64,000 bases of DNA from Thermoproteota archaeon (lineage in GTDB: Archaea > Thermoproteota > Nitrososphaeria_A > Caldarchaeales > Calditenuaceae): assembly GCA_030550235.1 (NCBI GenBank), contig JAUQPU010000002.1, positions 92,602 through 156,601 of the forward strand. Direction: 5' to 3'. The notes beneath the pieces were generated by a model, which did not search any database, was not told the origin of the DNA, and saw only the letters and a program-made list of their open reading frames with translations. Of this stretch, positions 10,102 to 18,848 are shown one piece after another. The position numbers were made by a program, and so were the translations under genes. Within the stretch, counting starts at the first letter, position 1, and each line of letters opens with the position of its first letter.

Positions 10102-10228
10102 GTCAAGATACTATCTCCTAATGCGATATTAAGGGTTGGGTTAAACCCAGTTTGGATCTCTGAGATGTAATTATTGAGGCTGAATTATGGTTTATATCTT
10201 ACTTGAACTGAGATTGGGCAGGTGATCT

Positions 10229-11458
10229 GTGCTATCCGAGGCCCAAGTATTCCTGAGATGTAGGGAGTGCGGCAAACCTTTCGGCCACATACTCGCGTAT
10301 GTGTGTGATGAGTGTTTTGGGGCCCTAGAAGCCTCGTATAATCCAGGCAGACTCTCTGTGAGTAGAAGTGTCATAGAGGCTAGGCCTCGTTCCATGTGGC
10401 GGTACTGGGAGTTTCTCCCGCTAATCGACCATTCCAAAAAGGTCGATATCGGCGCCGGCTACACCCAGCTTATAAAGGCTGACAGGTTAGCAAGAAAACT
10501 AGGAATCTCAAGGCTATACATCAAGAACGACACAGTCAACCCAACGTTCAGCTTTAAGGATAGGCCGTCGAGCCTGGCAGTATCGAAGGCTCTGGAGTTT
10601 GGCCTAAACTCTGTCGGATGCGCCTCTACCGGTAACCTCGCTGGAGCGACTGCAGCACACGCCGCCGCCGCAGGCCTCCCCTGCTATGTCTTCATGCCTA
10701 GTAGCGTGGAGAAGACTAAGATCAAACAAGCCGCACTGTACGGGGCTCAAATACTATTGGTTGAGGGGACATACGACGACGCCAACAGACTTGCAGCGCT
10801 CGCAGCCGATAGATTTGAAGTGGGGATTGTCAACGTCAACCTCAGACCCTATTATGTCGAGGGCTCGAAGACGATGGGCCTAGAGATTGTGGAGCAGCTG
10901 GGCTGGCGGACACCCGACAGGATAATAGTGCCGACGGCCAGCGGCGCCCTCCTCTCAGCCATATACAAAGGGATAACAGAGGCTGAGCATGCAGGCTTGA
11001 TCAGCGACTGCTCCGTAGCGATTACCTGCGCCCAGCCACTTGGATGCTCACCCATAGTCAGAGCCTTCAGGGAGAATAGTGACCGCGTAGAGCCGGTAAG
11101 GCAGCCCGACACTATAGTGCAGAGCCTAGCCATCGGAGACCCGGGAGACGGTTACCAAGCTCTGAAAGTCGTTAGAGAGAGCGGTGGCACAGCGGTTGCG
11201 CTCACTGATGATGAGAGTCTCGAGGCAGTGGAGTTGCTTGCATCCACCGAGGGAATCTTAGCAGAGCCCGGAGGAGCTATCTCGGTAGCTGCCCTCAAGA
11301 AGCTCTTAGAAGCTGGCGAAGTTGGGAGGGATGAGGAGGTGGTATGCTGTGTAACGGGGTCAGGCTTGAAGACTGTCGAGCTCCATCCAGAGGCAGGAAA
11401 TGTTAGAATCATTCCGCCAGCACTCGAGGCTGTAAGAAAGGCTCTCGACCTGCGCTAA
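10229..11458 (+). CDS. thrC: Threonine synthase, PLP fold-type II, with N-terminal Cys4 zinc ribbon
   Basis: PLP-lysine motif NPTFSFKDRPSS, glycine-rich loop CASTGNLAGA, about 400 aa. N-terminal CRECGKPF...CDEC ribbon as in archaeal ThrC. GTG start. Confidence 0.7.
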   Translation: MLSEAQVFLRCRECGKPFGHILAYVCDECFGALEASYNPGRLSVSRSVIEARPRSMWRYWEFLPLIDHSKKVDIGAGYTQLIKADRLARKLGISRLYIKNDTVNPTFSFKDRPSSLAVSKALEFGLNSVGCASTGNLAGATAAHAAAAGLPCYVFMPSSVEKTKIKQAALYGAQILLVEGTYDDANRLAALAADRFEVGIVNVNLRPYYVEGSKTMGLEIVEQLGWRTPDRIIVPTASGALLSAIYKGITEAEHAGLISDCSVAITCAQPLGCSPIVRAFRENSDRVEPVRQPDTIVQSLAIGDPGDGYQALKVVRESGGTAVALTDDESLEAVELLASTEGILAEPGGAISVAALKKLLEAGEVGRDEEVVCCVTGSGLKTVELHPEAGNVRIIPPALEAVRKALDLR

Positions 11459-11505
11459 CCCTCTGAAACGGTTTATATGCTCCCCACAGGTGAGATTATT
11501 CAAAG

Positions 11506-11793
11506 ATGTCACCAAGAGTAAAGGTAACCGTCACAGCCGTCCTCGCAAACTATCTCGGTGGCCAGAGGGACTTCATACTAGAGGCCGACTCGGTCAAAGA
11601 TGTGATAGAGGAGCTGGCCAAGAAATATGGCTCTGAGATCAGGAGGAGGCTGCTTGACGAGGAGGGCCGCCTCAGAAGATACATCAACATATACGTGAAC
11701 GACAGGGGCCTAAGTCATCAAGAGCTTAATCTGAAGCTCAAGGAGGGTGACGAGGTCCTAATTCTCCCCGCTGTAAGTGGTGGTCTAGTATGA
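11506..11793 (+). CDS. MoaD/ThiS-like ubiquitin-fold sulfur-carrier protein candidate, with C-terminal GG followed by two extra residues
   Basis: 95 aa, ending ...ILPAVSGGLV-stop. Beta-grasp-like pattern (KVTVTAVLANYLGG...YINIYVNDR). Its stop overlaps the start of the next gene (ATGA). Confidence 0.5.
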   Translation: MSPRVKVTVTAVLANYLGGQRDFILEADSVKDVIEELAKKYGSEIRRRLLDEEGRLRRYINIYVNDRGLSHQELNLKLKEGDEVLILPAVSGGLV

Positions 11794-12185
11794 GACTCAG
11801 GGCTATACTCCCCGTCCTCTTAGCTTTAGGTGTATTCGTCCAAATCCTAATCGGTGAGTCAGGGCTAGCTGGGGGTGTACTTAGGGACATTCACGCGACC
11901 ATAGGCCTGATAGGCTTAGCCTTGACCGCCTATGCAATAGCAGCACCACGCGGCGGCCGCCCACTCCGCATCTATGTATCTGTCCTTTTCTTATTGGTTA
12001 TACTTCAGGCCATACTTGGGCTGATTCTCTACGGGATATTCTATACCGATTTGGAGCTATTCGAGCTGGTGGAGGTGATCCATAGGTATAACGCCTATCT
12101 GATGCTTGTTGTGGGGCTGGTGGGAGGAGTCCTCGTGGGTAGGTTTAGGCGCGTTTCAGGCGAGGGAGTCGCGAAGAGCGGATAA
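11790..12185 (+). CDS. Small integral membrane protein (4 predicted TM helices), function unknown
   Basis: 131 aa, four hydrophobic segments, translationally coupled to the MoaD-like gene. Confidence 0.4.
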   Translation: MRLRAILPVLLALGVFVQILIGESGLAGGVLRDIHATIGLIGLALTAYAIAAPRGGRPLRIYVSVLFLLVILQAILGLILYGIFYTDLELFELVEVIHRYNAYLMLVVGLVGGVLVGRFRRVSGEGVAKSG

Positions 12186-12899
12186 CTTAGATGCGAGGCT
12201 CGTAAGCAGCTCGTCTACAAATTGGTTCACAGCGTTGACGTACTGCTCATAACTTGGAGGTAGTGACTGGAGCCACTGTACTATTTGGTCGGCTGCTGCA
12301 TTCTCACCTGGATAGCTGTCTATCCAGTTATAATAGTCGACCAATCCGTCTACATTATTTATTACCCTATCAACGGCAGGTGTGAGGGCGGGCTCAAACG
12401 ATGAGACCAGCCCTTTAATATCAAGCCAATAGTTGAGCGTCGCGTTTCTGTCGGGGCCCAGTGCATTCACTCCCCTCAGCTGATTCAAGATTGGGATTGC
12501 CTGCGACACAACATTCACCTGCCCCTCCACGCGCCGCATCCTAGTCTCAATCTCGCTCAGCCGCCTAGAAAGCTCCGTGTTACTTCGCCTTAAATTCTCG
12601 AGCTCGCTTGAGAGGGATGCCTGAAGCCCAGCCACGCGCCCCTCACTCTCAGAGAGCAATCTCTTGGTCTCGCTCAGCAGAGCCTCTAGTCTATCCACAT
12701 TATTTAGGGCAGAGTCTAACTCCAACTGTTTAGACGCCAGCTCACCTTCCAGCTGCCTAATCCTCTCCCTCTCACCAGCTAAGAGCTTCTCAGACTCGAG
12801 GGTAGCGGTGTATGAGCCGTAGTTCATGCCGGCCACAAAGAATGCAACGGCAACAACTGCAACGACGAGAGCTATGACTAGTCCTTCACCTACACGCAT
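12156..12899 (-). CDS. Membrane-anchored coiled-coil protein, function unknown
   Basis: N-terminal TM helix (LVIALVVAVVAVAFFVAG), then a long heptad-like region (ERIRQLEGELASKQLELDSAL...). C-terminal region is globular. Confidence 0.4.
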   Translation of the reverse strand: MRVGEGLVIALVVAVVAVAFFVAGMNYGSYTATLESEKLLAGERERIRQLEGELASKQLELDSALNNVDRLEALLSETKRLLSESEGRVAGLQASLSSELENLRRSNTELSRRLSEIETRMRRVEGQVNVVSQAIPILNQLRGVNALGPDRNATLNYWLDIKGLVSSFEPALTPAVDRVINNVDGLVDYYNWIDSYPGENAAADQIVQWLQSLPPSYEQYVNAVNQFVDELLTSLASKLSALRDSLA

Positions 12900-12961
12900 G
12901 CTAATACCCTATAGCTGCCGATTAATAAGTAATTATAAGACCTCCAACTCGTCTAAAGCAG

Positions 12962-13942
12962 CTAACCAGTGCCCCTCTCCTGCATCCTCAGCTCAAGAGT
13001 CTTTAGATCAAGACCAGACATTGCCTTTGTCTCATCCACCATCTTCTGGGCCTCCGCAACTATATCCGGCTTATCCCAATATGTTGTCGCGATGACTATG
13101 GCCTCCGCCCTCGCCCTCGGGTCTGAAGACTTGAATATACCTGAGCCTACAAATACGCCGTCGCATCCGAGGCTCATCATGAGGGCCGCATCTGCGGGTG
13201 TAGCTATCCCGCCTGCGGCAAAGTTGACTACTGGGAGCCTTCTAATCCTGGCAGTCTCAAGGACAAGCTCGTATGAGACCCTGAGATCACGGGCAGCCCT
13301 CACGAGCTCCTGCTCATCACCCTCCTCATAAAGCACGACTATCTTTCTGAGCTCGTTATTCAGAATCCTCATATGCTTCACGGCCTCAGCTACATTCCCA
13401 GTCCCAGGCTCACCCTTCGTCCTAATCATCGAGGCGCCCTCCTCAATCCTCCTTAAAGCCTCTCCCAGGTCGCGTGCACCGCAGACAAAAGGTGTCGTGA
13501 AGTCCCACTTCCATATGTGTCTCTCTTCATCTGCGGGGGTTAGGACTTCGGACTCGTCTATCATGTCCACGCCACTCTCTTCGAGGACCTTCGCCTCCCA
13601 TGTGTGGCCGATTCTACATTTAGCCATCACAGGTATCGTCACGTGGTCTAGAACTTCCTCGATCACTTTGAGGCTGGCTGTTCTAGCGACGCCCCCTGCC
13701 TTCCTTACGTCGTATGGCAGCTTATCAAGCACCATCACGCCGACTGCGCCGGCATCCTCGGCTATCTGTGCCTGCTCCACGTTGGTGACATCCATTACAA
13801 CACCATGCTTAAGCATGTGTGCAAACCCCCTCTTCACGAGGGTTGAGCCGCGCCTGGTCTGCAGACCTTCAATAATCTCTATCCGTAGACCCGGGGCCTC
13901 CCTTTGGCTGAGCGTGAGAGAGATCAAGTCCAGAGTAAACAT
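12962..13942 (-). CDS. pdxS: Pyridoxal 5'-phosphate synthase lyase subunit PdxS (Pdx1)
   Basis: Characteristic [49 protein letters not shown] ... KCRIGH ... [16 protein letters not shown] ... [30 protein letters not shown]. The ORF carries an extra N-terminal extension of about 25 aa, so the real start is probably downstream of 13942. Confidence 0.85.
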   Translation of the reverse strand: MFTLDLISLTLSQREAPGLRIEIIEGLQTRRGSTLVKRGFAHMLKHGVVMDVTNVEQAQIAEDAGAVGVMVLDKLPYDVRKAGGVARTASLKVIEEVLDHVTIPVMAKCRIGHTWEAKVLEESGVDMIDESEVLTPADEERHIWKWDFTTPFVCGARDLGEALRRIEEGASMIRTKGEPGTGNVAEAVKHMRILNNELRKIVVLYEEGDEQELVRAARDLRVSYELVLETARIRRLPVVNFAAGGIATPADAALMMSLGCDGVFVGSGIFKSSDPRARAEAIVIATTYWDKPDIVAEAQKMVDETKAMSGLDLKTLELRMQERGTG

Positions 13943-13998
13943 CTCTGCACGGTATATAAACCAATCGCGTAGAGGGCGGGGGGTGAGATAGATTTTTC

Positions 13999-15678
13999 AT
14001 GGAGGTGAGTGGCGGTTTTTGGTGGATGCGTTTAAGAAGGCTTAGGCTGTTAGCCCTGGTTTTTCTGTCCGGGTCCGCTGTGATGGTGATTGAGCTAGCG
14101 GGGAGCAGGCTTCTTACACCTATCTTCGGAAGCTCGGTGTTCGTTTGGGGGAGTATTATCGGTGTTGTGCTCACATCCCTCGCCATAGGCTATTATCTTG
14201 GAGGAAGGCTCTCAGACCTGAGGCCCGATCCCCGACTCCTCGATACTATAGTCTTTACAGGCGGTGTTCTTGCAGTATCTATACCCTTCTTCTCACCCGT
14301 AGGCATCGAGGTGGCGCTCTCCGCGGGTCTTGAGGAGCGCTGGGGAGCCTTGGTTGCATGTCTAGTCCTCTTGGCTCCAGCCAACCTGCTTCTTGGCATG
14401 GTCTCGCCGTTCGCAGTCAAGCTAGCTACCAAAGAGTTAAAAGAGCTTGGAACCAGCGCTGGCTACCTCTACGCCATCTCGACCTTGGGAAGCATATTCG
14501 GCACCTTCGGAACAGTATTCATCTTTATTCCCGCTGTGGATGTCCGGACGATATTCCTCGGTGTGGGTTTGGTGTTGATGGTGGCTTCATTGTTGCGCCT
14601 TGGCTCCGCCTCGAAGGCAACCTTTGCTTTGTTGCTGATCTTCCTTATCTCGCCGCTGGGGCTTATGAGCAACCAGGTTGTTGTCGCCTCAGGCGAGGTG
14701 GTTGAGTTGAGGGAGACACCCTACAACAGCCTCGTAGTGGCTAGGAACGGAGACCTCCAAATACTCTATCTAAACGGCCTCCCACATAGTGGGATGAGCC
14801 TAGAAGATCCCTACGATCTCGTCTTCAGGTATACCAAGCTCTTTGAGGTAGTTCTTGCCATAAACAGAGGCGGTGAGAGTGTGCTGTTCATAGGTGGGGG
14901 AGGCTTCTCAGGCCCCAAATACTTCCTCAAAAACTTCCCCAACATTATTGTCGAGGTGGTTGAGATAGACCCTGTCGTAATCGAGGCGGCTAAAAGCTAC
15001 TTCAATGTCCCAGATGATCCGAGGCTCGTCATACACAACGATGATGGGAGAGTCTTCCTCCAGCGGGTCGATAGACAATTCGATGCCATAATCATAGACG
15101 CATACGCTAAGACATATGTTCCCTACCACATGCTGACACTCGAGTTTTTCAGGCTAGTGAGGGATAGGCTGGAGAGGGGCGGGGTGGTGGTAAGCAACAT
15201 GATAGCCTCCGTCACGGGTGACACCTCCGAGATTCTATGGTCGACCGTTAAGACGATGAGCCTTGTCTTTCCCAAGATATATGTTGTGAAGGCCTCTGAG
15301 CAGGCAGCGCCCCTGGTCCAGAACATCATACTTGTAGCCTGCGTCGAGAAGGACTGCGACCTCCTAGGCTCACTGGAAGGTTGGGGGAACAAAGAGCTAG
15401 AGTCCTTGGTGGTTAATGGGCTTTGGAGCAGGATTCCAGACCTCAGCGAATACAAGGTCCTCACAGACAACTACTCGCCAGTTGAATCAATGATCAACCC
15501 TGTTACTGGGAGGCCCTACTCGGTTGAGCTGGAGAGGGGAGAATACAGTATACCCGCTCTACTAATGGGAGGAAGCAACTCCCTTGCCCTAGTTGTAATA
15601 GCTCTAGCCGCGGCCTACTGGGTTGGCTCTCTAATCACGGGTGCATCTGGCGCGGTGGCTTATAGGAGAGGAGGCTGA
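13999..15678 (+). CDS. Spermidine-synthase-like aminopropyltransferase fused to an N-terminal polytopic membrane domain
   Basis: About 230 N-terminal residues with roughly seven hydrophobic helices, then the spermidine-synthase fold (VLFIGGGGFSGPKYF; VEVVEIDPVVIEAAKSYF; DDPRLVIHNDDGRVFLQ; FDAIIIDAY). Confidence 0.65.
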   Translation: MEVSGGFWWMRLRRLRLLALVFLSGSAVMVIELAGSRLLTPIFGSSVFVWGSIIGVVLTSLAIGYYLGGRLSDLRPDPRLLDTIVFTGGVLAVSIPFFSPVGIEVALSAGLEERWGALVACLVLLAPANLLLGMVSPFAVKLATKELKELGTSAGYLYAISTLGSIFGTFGTVFIFIPAVDVRTIFLGVGLVLMVASLLRLGSASKATFALLLIFLISPLGLMSNQVVVASGEVVELRETPYNSLVVARNGDLQILYLNGLPHSGMSLEDPYDLVFRYTKLFEVVLAINRGGESVLFIGGGGFSGPKYFLKNFPNIIVEVVEIDPVVIEAAKSYFNVPDDPRLVIHNDDGRVFLQRVDRQFDAIIIDAYAKTYVPYHMLTLEFFRLVRDRLERGGVVVSNMIASVTGDTSEILWSTVKTMSLVFPKIYVVKASEQAAPLVQNIILVACVEKDCDLLGSLEGWGNKELESLVVNGLWSRIPDLSEYKVLTDNYSPVESMINPVTGRPYSVELERGEYSIPALLMGGSNSLALVVIALAAAYWVGSLITGASGAVAYRRGG

Positions 15679-15684
15679 AAGGGT

Positions 15685-16611
15685 ATGGACGGCTCGAAGG
15701 GGGTTGTTTCGGAGCCGGGCCCTAACCAACTGGACCGGCTTAGGCAGGCGGGCTCAATCGCAGCCTCTGTGCTGAGAGAGGCAGCCTTGAGGGTTAGGCC
15801 TGGCGTCAGGTCCCTCGCCCTCTGTGAGTGGGTTGAGGCTAGGATTAGGGAGCTAGGGGCTAGGCCAGCCTTCCCCTGCAACATAGGAATAGACTCTGTC
15901 GCAGCTCACTTCACTCCAACCGCTAGTGATGATGTTGAGATCACGGCTGGCTCGCTGGTGAAGATAGACATAGGAGTGGAGCTCGACGGATACATAACAG
16001 ACACTGCTGTGACTCTGGATATGCGGAGTCCGCACGGCTACTTGGTGGATGTCGCGCGGGAGGCCCTAAGGAATGTCCTTGGCCTATTACGTGGTGGTTT
16101 AAGGGTGGCTGAGATCGGCGGCGTTGTCTACGAGACGGCCACCAGATATGGTTGTAAACCCATAGCCAACCTCTCGGGGCATGAGATCAAGAGGTATAAT
16201 CTACACGCTGGGGTCTCAATACCTAATATACCGACCAGCGACTCTCAGAGGCTTGAGTCCTGCCACATATACGCCATCGAGCCTTTCATAACACTGCGCG
16301 ACGCACCTGGCCTTGTGGTGAATAGTAAGATAGTGAACATATTCTCTGTTAGGGACATCTCCCTTAGAGCTAGGGGTCTAACCCCTGGGGAGCAGGATGC
16401 ATTGAAGGAGATTATTGATGTCTCTCGGGGGCTCCCCTACACCCTCAGGTGGCTGAGCGAGCGGACAGCCATGATTCACCAGCATCTCTACAGGCGTGGG
16501 CTGGTCTTCGGATACCCTGTACTAGTTGAGAAGAGTGGGGCGCCGGTCTCACAGGCGGAACACACCGTAATAGTCTATGAGGATGGATGTGAAGTATTGA
16601 CGACTGGCTAG
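15685..16611 (+). CDS. map: Methionine aminopeptidase, type 2 (archaeal/eukaryotic type)
   Basis: Pita-bread fold metal-ligand context (DIGVELDGYITDTAVTLD; SGHEIKRYNLHAG; YAIEPFITL; AEHTVIV). Length 308 aa, typical of archaeal MetAP2. Confidence 0.85.
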   Translation: MDGSKGVVSEPGPNQLDRLRQAGSIAASVLREAALRVRPGVRSLALCEWVEARIRELGARPAFPCNIGIDSVAAHFTPTASDDVEITAGSLVKIDIGVELDGYITDTAVTLDMRSPHGYLVDVAREALRNVLGLLRGGLRVAEIGGVVYETATRYGCKPIANLSGHEIKRYNLHAGVSIPNIPTSDSQRLESCHIYAIEPFITLRDAPGLVVNSKIVNIFSVRDISLRARGLTPGEQDALKEIIDVSRGLPYTLRWLSERTAMIHQHLYRRGLVFGYPVLVEKSGAPVSQAEHTVIVYEDGCEVLTTG

Positions 16612-17867
16612 GCCTTCTCGACTTGTAGTAGCTGGCTGTAGACCTCCAGTGTCTTCTCAGCCGCCCTCCTCCACGTGAACTCCTTAAGAACTCTCTTCCT
16701 ACCGTTACGCCCCATCCTCCTCGCGCGGTCAGGGTCTCGCAGAACTTCCTTCACGCCCCACGCGATATCAAGCGGGTTCGACCCATCCACATGCATACCA
16801 CACTGCTCCTCACCGGATGGGATCACCTGCTCCCTAAAGCCAACAACCCCCCTCGCACCAACAACCACGGGCCTCTCCATAGCCATCGCCTCCAAACTCA
16901 CTATCCCGAATGGCTCGTATAGGGATGGGAAGACGCAGACATCTGAGGCAGCATAGTGGAGTATCCTCTCACGCTCCGATACAAACTCCGTCCTGAGAAT
17001 AACCCTATCTTTTAAACCAAGGTCCCTGATAAGGTTCTGAAGCTCAGCCTCCATCTCACCCTTCCCCAGTATGATGAGCTTCGTCTTGGGGAACTCGCTC
17101 AGGATATGAGGCATGGCCTGGACGAGTTCTCCAGCACCCTTAACATGGACTAGACGACCTACGAATAGTATCATATTCTCATCAGGGCCTATGCCATATC
17201 GAGACCTGATGCTTTCCCTGTCCTGGTGGTTAACTCTCGAGGGGTCGTAGACCTCAGGGTCTACACCATTCCAGACCACCTGTATCTTGTCCGCCGGCCA
17301 GCCATGTGTTTGGAGGTCCTCCCTCATGGCTTGGCTGACTGTAATAATTATCGAGGCATACTCCGCGCCAAGCCTCTCAATCTCGGAGACAGTTCTGGAG
17401 CCTCTCCCAAGCGCCCTCCCCCACTCTGTCGAATGGACATGATAGACCGTCGGAATCTTACCTAGGCCGGCCAGAGAGATTCCTGAGAGGGCACATAGCC
17501 AGTCGTTGAAGGCCACGATATCAATACTAGACCCCAAAACCTTTGGGGCCAGCCTTGAAGCCGTAGCCGAGTTAAATGTGACGATGTTGCTGAAGAACTT
17601 GACCCCCTCACCCCACGCCCTCACCTCATCATTCAATGCGTGCCTCAGCCCAGCAGAGAGATCTGGCACCCTTACCCAGTTCAGCTCAACCTTCTCCACA
17701 TCCATGGGAGGAGGCTGAAGGTTCGTGGGGAGGGGGGCATAGACCTCCACCTCATATCCCAGCCTAGACATCCACAGGGACATGTAGTAAGAATATGTGC
17801 CCAGGCCGCCTACAATCAGTGGAGGATATTCCCACGTGATGAATGCGATCCTCATCCAGATACCCAC
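16608..17867 (-). CDS. GT-B glycosyltransferase (GT4/GT5, archaeal glycogen-synthase-like)
   Basis: N-terminal MRIAFITWEYPPLIVGGLGTY (K/GGL nucleotide-sugar phosphate loop). C-terminal E-X7-E region (FPSLYEPFGIVSLEAMA). 419 aa. Confidence 0.7.
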   Translation of the reverse strand: MGIWMRIAFITWEYPPLIVGGLGTYSYYMSLWMSRLGYEVEVYAPLPTNLQPPPMDVEKVELNWVRVPDLSAGLRHALNDEVRAWGEGVKFFSNIVTFNSATASRLAPKVLGSSIDIVAFNDWLCALSGISLAGLGKIPTVYHVHSTEWGRALGRGSRTVSEIERLGAEYASIIITVSQAMREDLQTHGWPADKIQVVWNGVDPEVYDPSRVNHQDRESIRSRYGIGPDENMILFVGRLVHVKGAGELVQAMPHILSEFPKTKLIILGKGEMEAELQNLIRDLGLKDRVILRTEFVSERERILHYAASDVCVFPSLYEPFGIVSLEAMAMERPVVVGARGVVGFREQVIPSGEEQCGMHVDGSNPLDIAWGVKEVLRDPDRARRMGRNGRKRVLKEFTWRRAAEKTLEVYSQLLQVEKA

Positions 17868-18001
17868 ACTCTCTTTACTGTTTAAAGTAGATATCTCAGG
17901 AATGTCGCAGTGGTGTGTTAATAATACTCAAACTATGCTTAAGTATTATTAGCAGGTGATTATGATTGGTCTGCTCGGGCTTGGATAGGGACGAGTCAAC
18001 C

Positions 18002-18226
18002 ATGCTCCTGACATTTCTGCATAATATGGGCTATGTAGACGAGGAAAGGGCGGTGGATGTCGGAGAGCTTTCCACGGTACTTGAACTTGATAGGGCGAGG
18101 GTCGAGGAGATTCTGAGAAGCCTCGAGGCTGATGGATATGTTGCGAGCGTTAAGCGGAGAGGAGGTGGTGTAAGCTTCTACCTGACAGGCAAAGGTGTGA
18201 TAAGGGTCTGCTCAATATACACATAG
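18002..18226 (+). CDS. Small winged-helix-like DNA-binding protein candidate
   Basis: 74 aa from the internal ATG (the track starts it at TTG 17966). Shows helix-turn-helix plus wing pattern LSTVLELDRARVEEILRSLEADGYVASVKRRGGGVSFYLTGKG. Sits between divergent glycosyltransferase genes. Confidence 0.35.
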   Translation: MLLTFLHNMGYVDEERAVDVGELSTVLELDRARVEEILRSLEADGYVASVKRRGGGVSFYLTGKGVIRVCSIYT

Positions 18227-18236
18227 GGTCACAGAC

Positions 18237-18848
18237 ATGAAGGTGGTTTTTCTATCCTGGGAATATCCGCCTCGTATCGTTGGCGAATTGGCCTGGCTAG
18301 TCCAGTCACAGATTGAGGGGCTTAGAAGGAAGGGACTGGAGGTGGAGCTAGTTACTGTCAGCGACTCCGGCTTTTTCATCGAGGAGCCCGTACACGGACT
18401 TAGGATAACGAGGATATCAAGCCCTGTCTATCCACACTCAACTATCATAACATGGATTGCAGCCATTAATACAGAGGCAGCGAGGGTCGTTGCCGATATC
18501 TACCACTCCACAACCGACAAACTCATACTACACACCCACGACTGGCACTTCGCCCCCGCCACTTCATCGCTCAAGAAGGCCTTAAACATCCCGTGGGTAG
18601 TATCACTCTACAGCATTGAGCAGCAGAGATCCTTAAACCCCAACTCCCCCCTCAGCTCCTGCATAAGAACAATTGAGTGGCACATGGCGCGGGAGTGTGA
18701 CACCCTCTTAGTAAGGAATGAGTGGATGCTATCCGAGGTTCGGAGGAGCTTACCTCTTGATAGGGTGGCTGTCATGGTCCTAGATCCGTCGTCTCCAAGC
18801 TGGGGCGATGAGGTGTTGCGTCTCTATAACTTGCTGGTGAAAAGCTAG
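18237..18848 (+). CDS. Glycosyltransferase-like N-terminal (acceptor-side Rossmann) domain only. Truncated paralog with substituted glycine loop (VGELA instead of GGL).
   Basis: MKVVFLSWEYPPRIVGELAWL... parallels the N-domains of the flanking GTs. It ends after the inter-domain region (ECDTLLVRNEWMLSEV...) with no C-terminal nucleotide-sugar domain. Stop TAG abuts the next ATG (TAGATG). Confidence 0.5.
   Translation: MKVVFLSWEYPPRIVGELAWLVQSQIEGLRRKGLEVELVTVSDSGFFIEEPVHGLRITRISSPVYPHSTIITWIAAINTEAARVVADIYHSTTDKLILHTHDWHFAPATSSLKKALNIPWVVSLYSIEQQRSLNPNSPLSSCIRTIEWHMARECDTLLVRNEWMLSEVRRSLPLDRVAVMVLDPSSPSWGDEVLRLYNLLVKS

Noticed and set aside
10150-10175. Near-palindrome gggttgggttaaacccag in the moaB and thrC divergent intergenic region
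   Set aside because: The inverted repeat is imperfect and short, and could arise by chance. It is not supported by a second copy.
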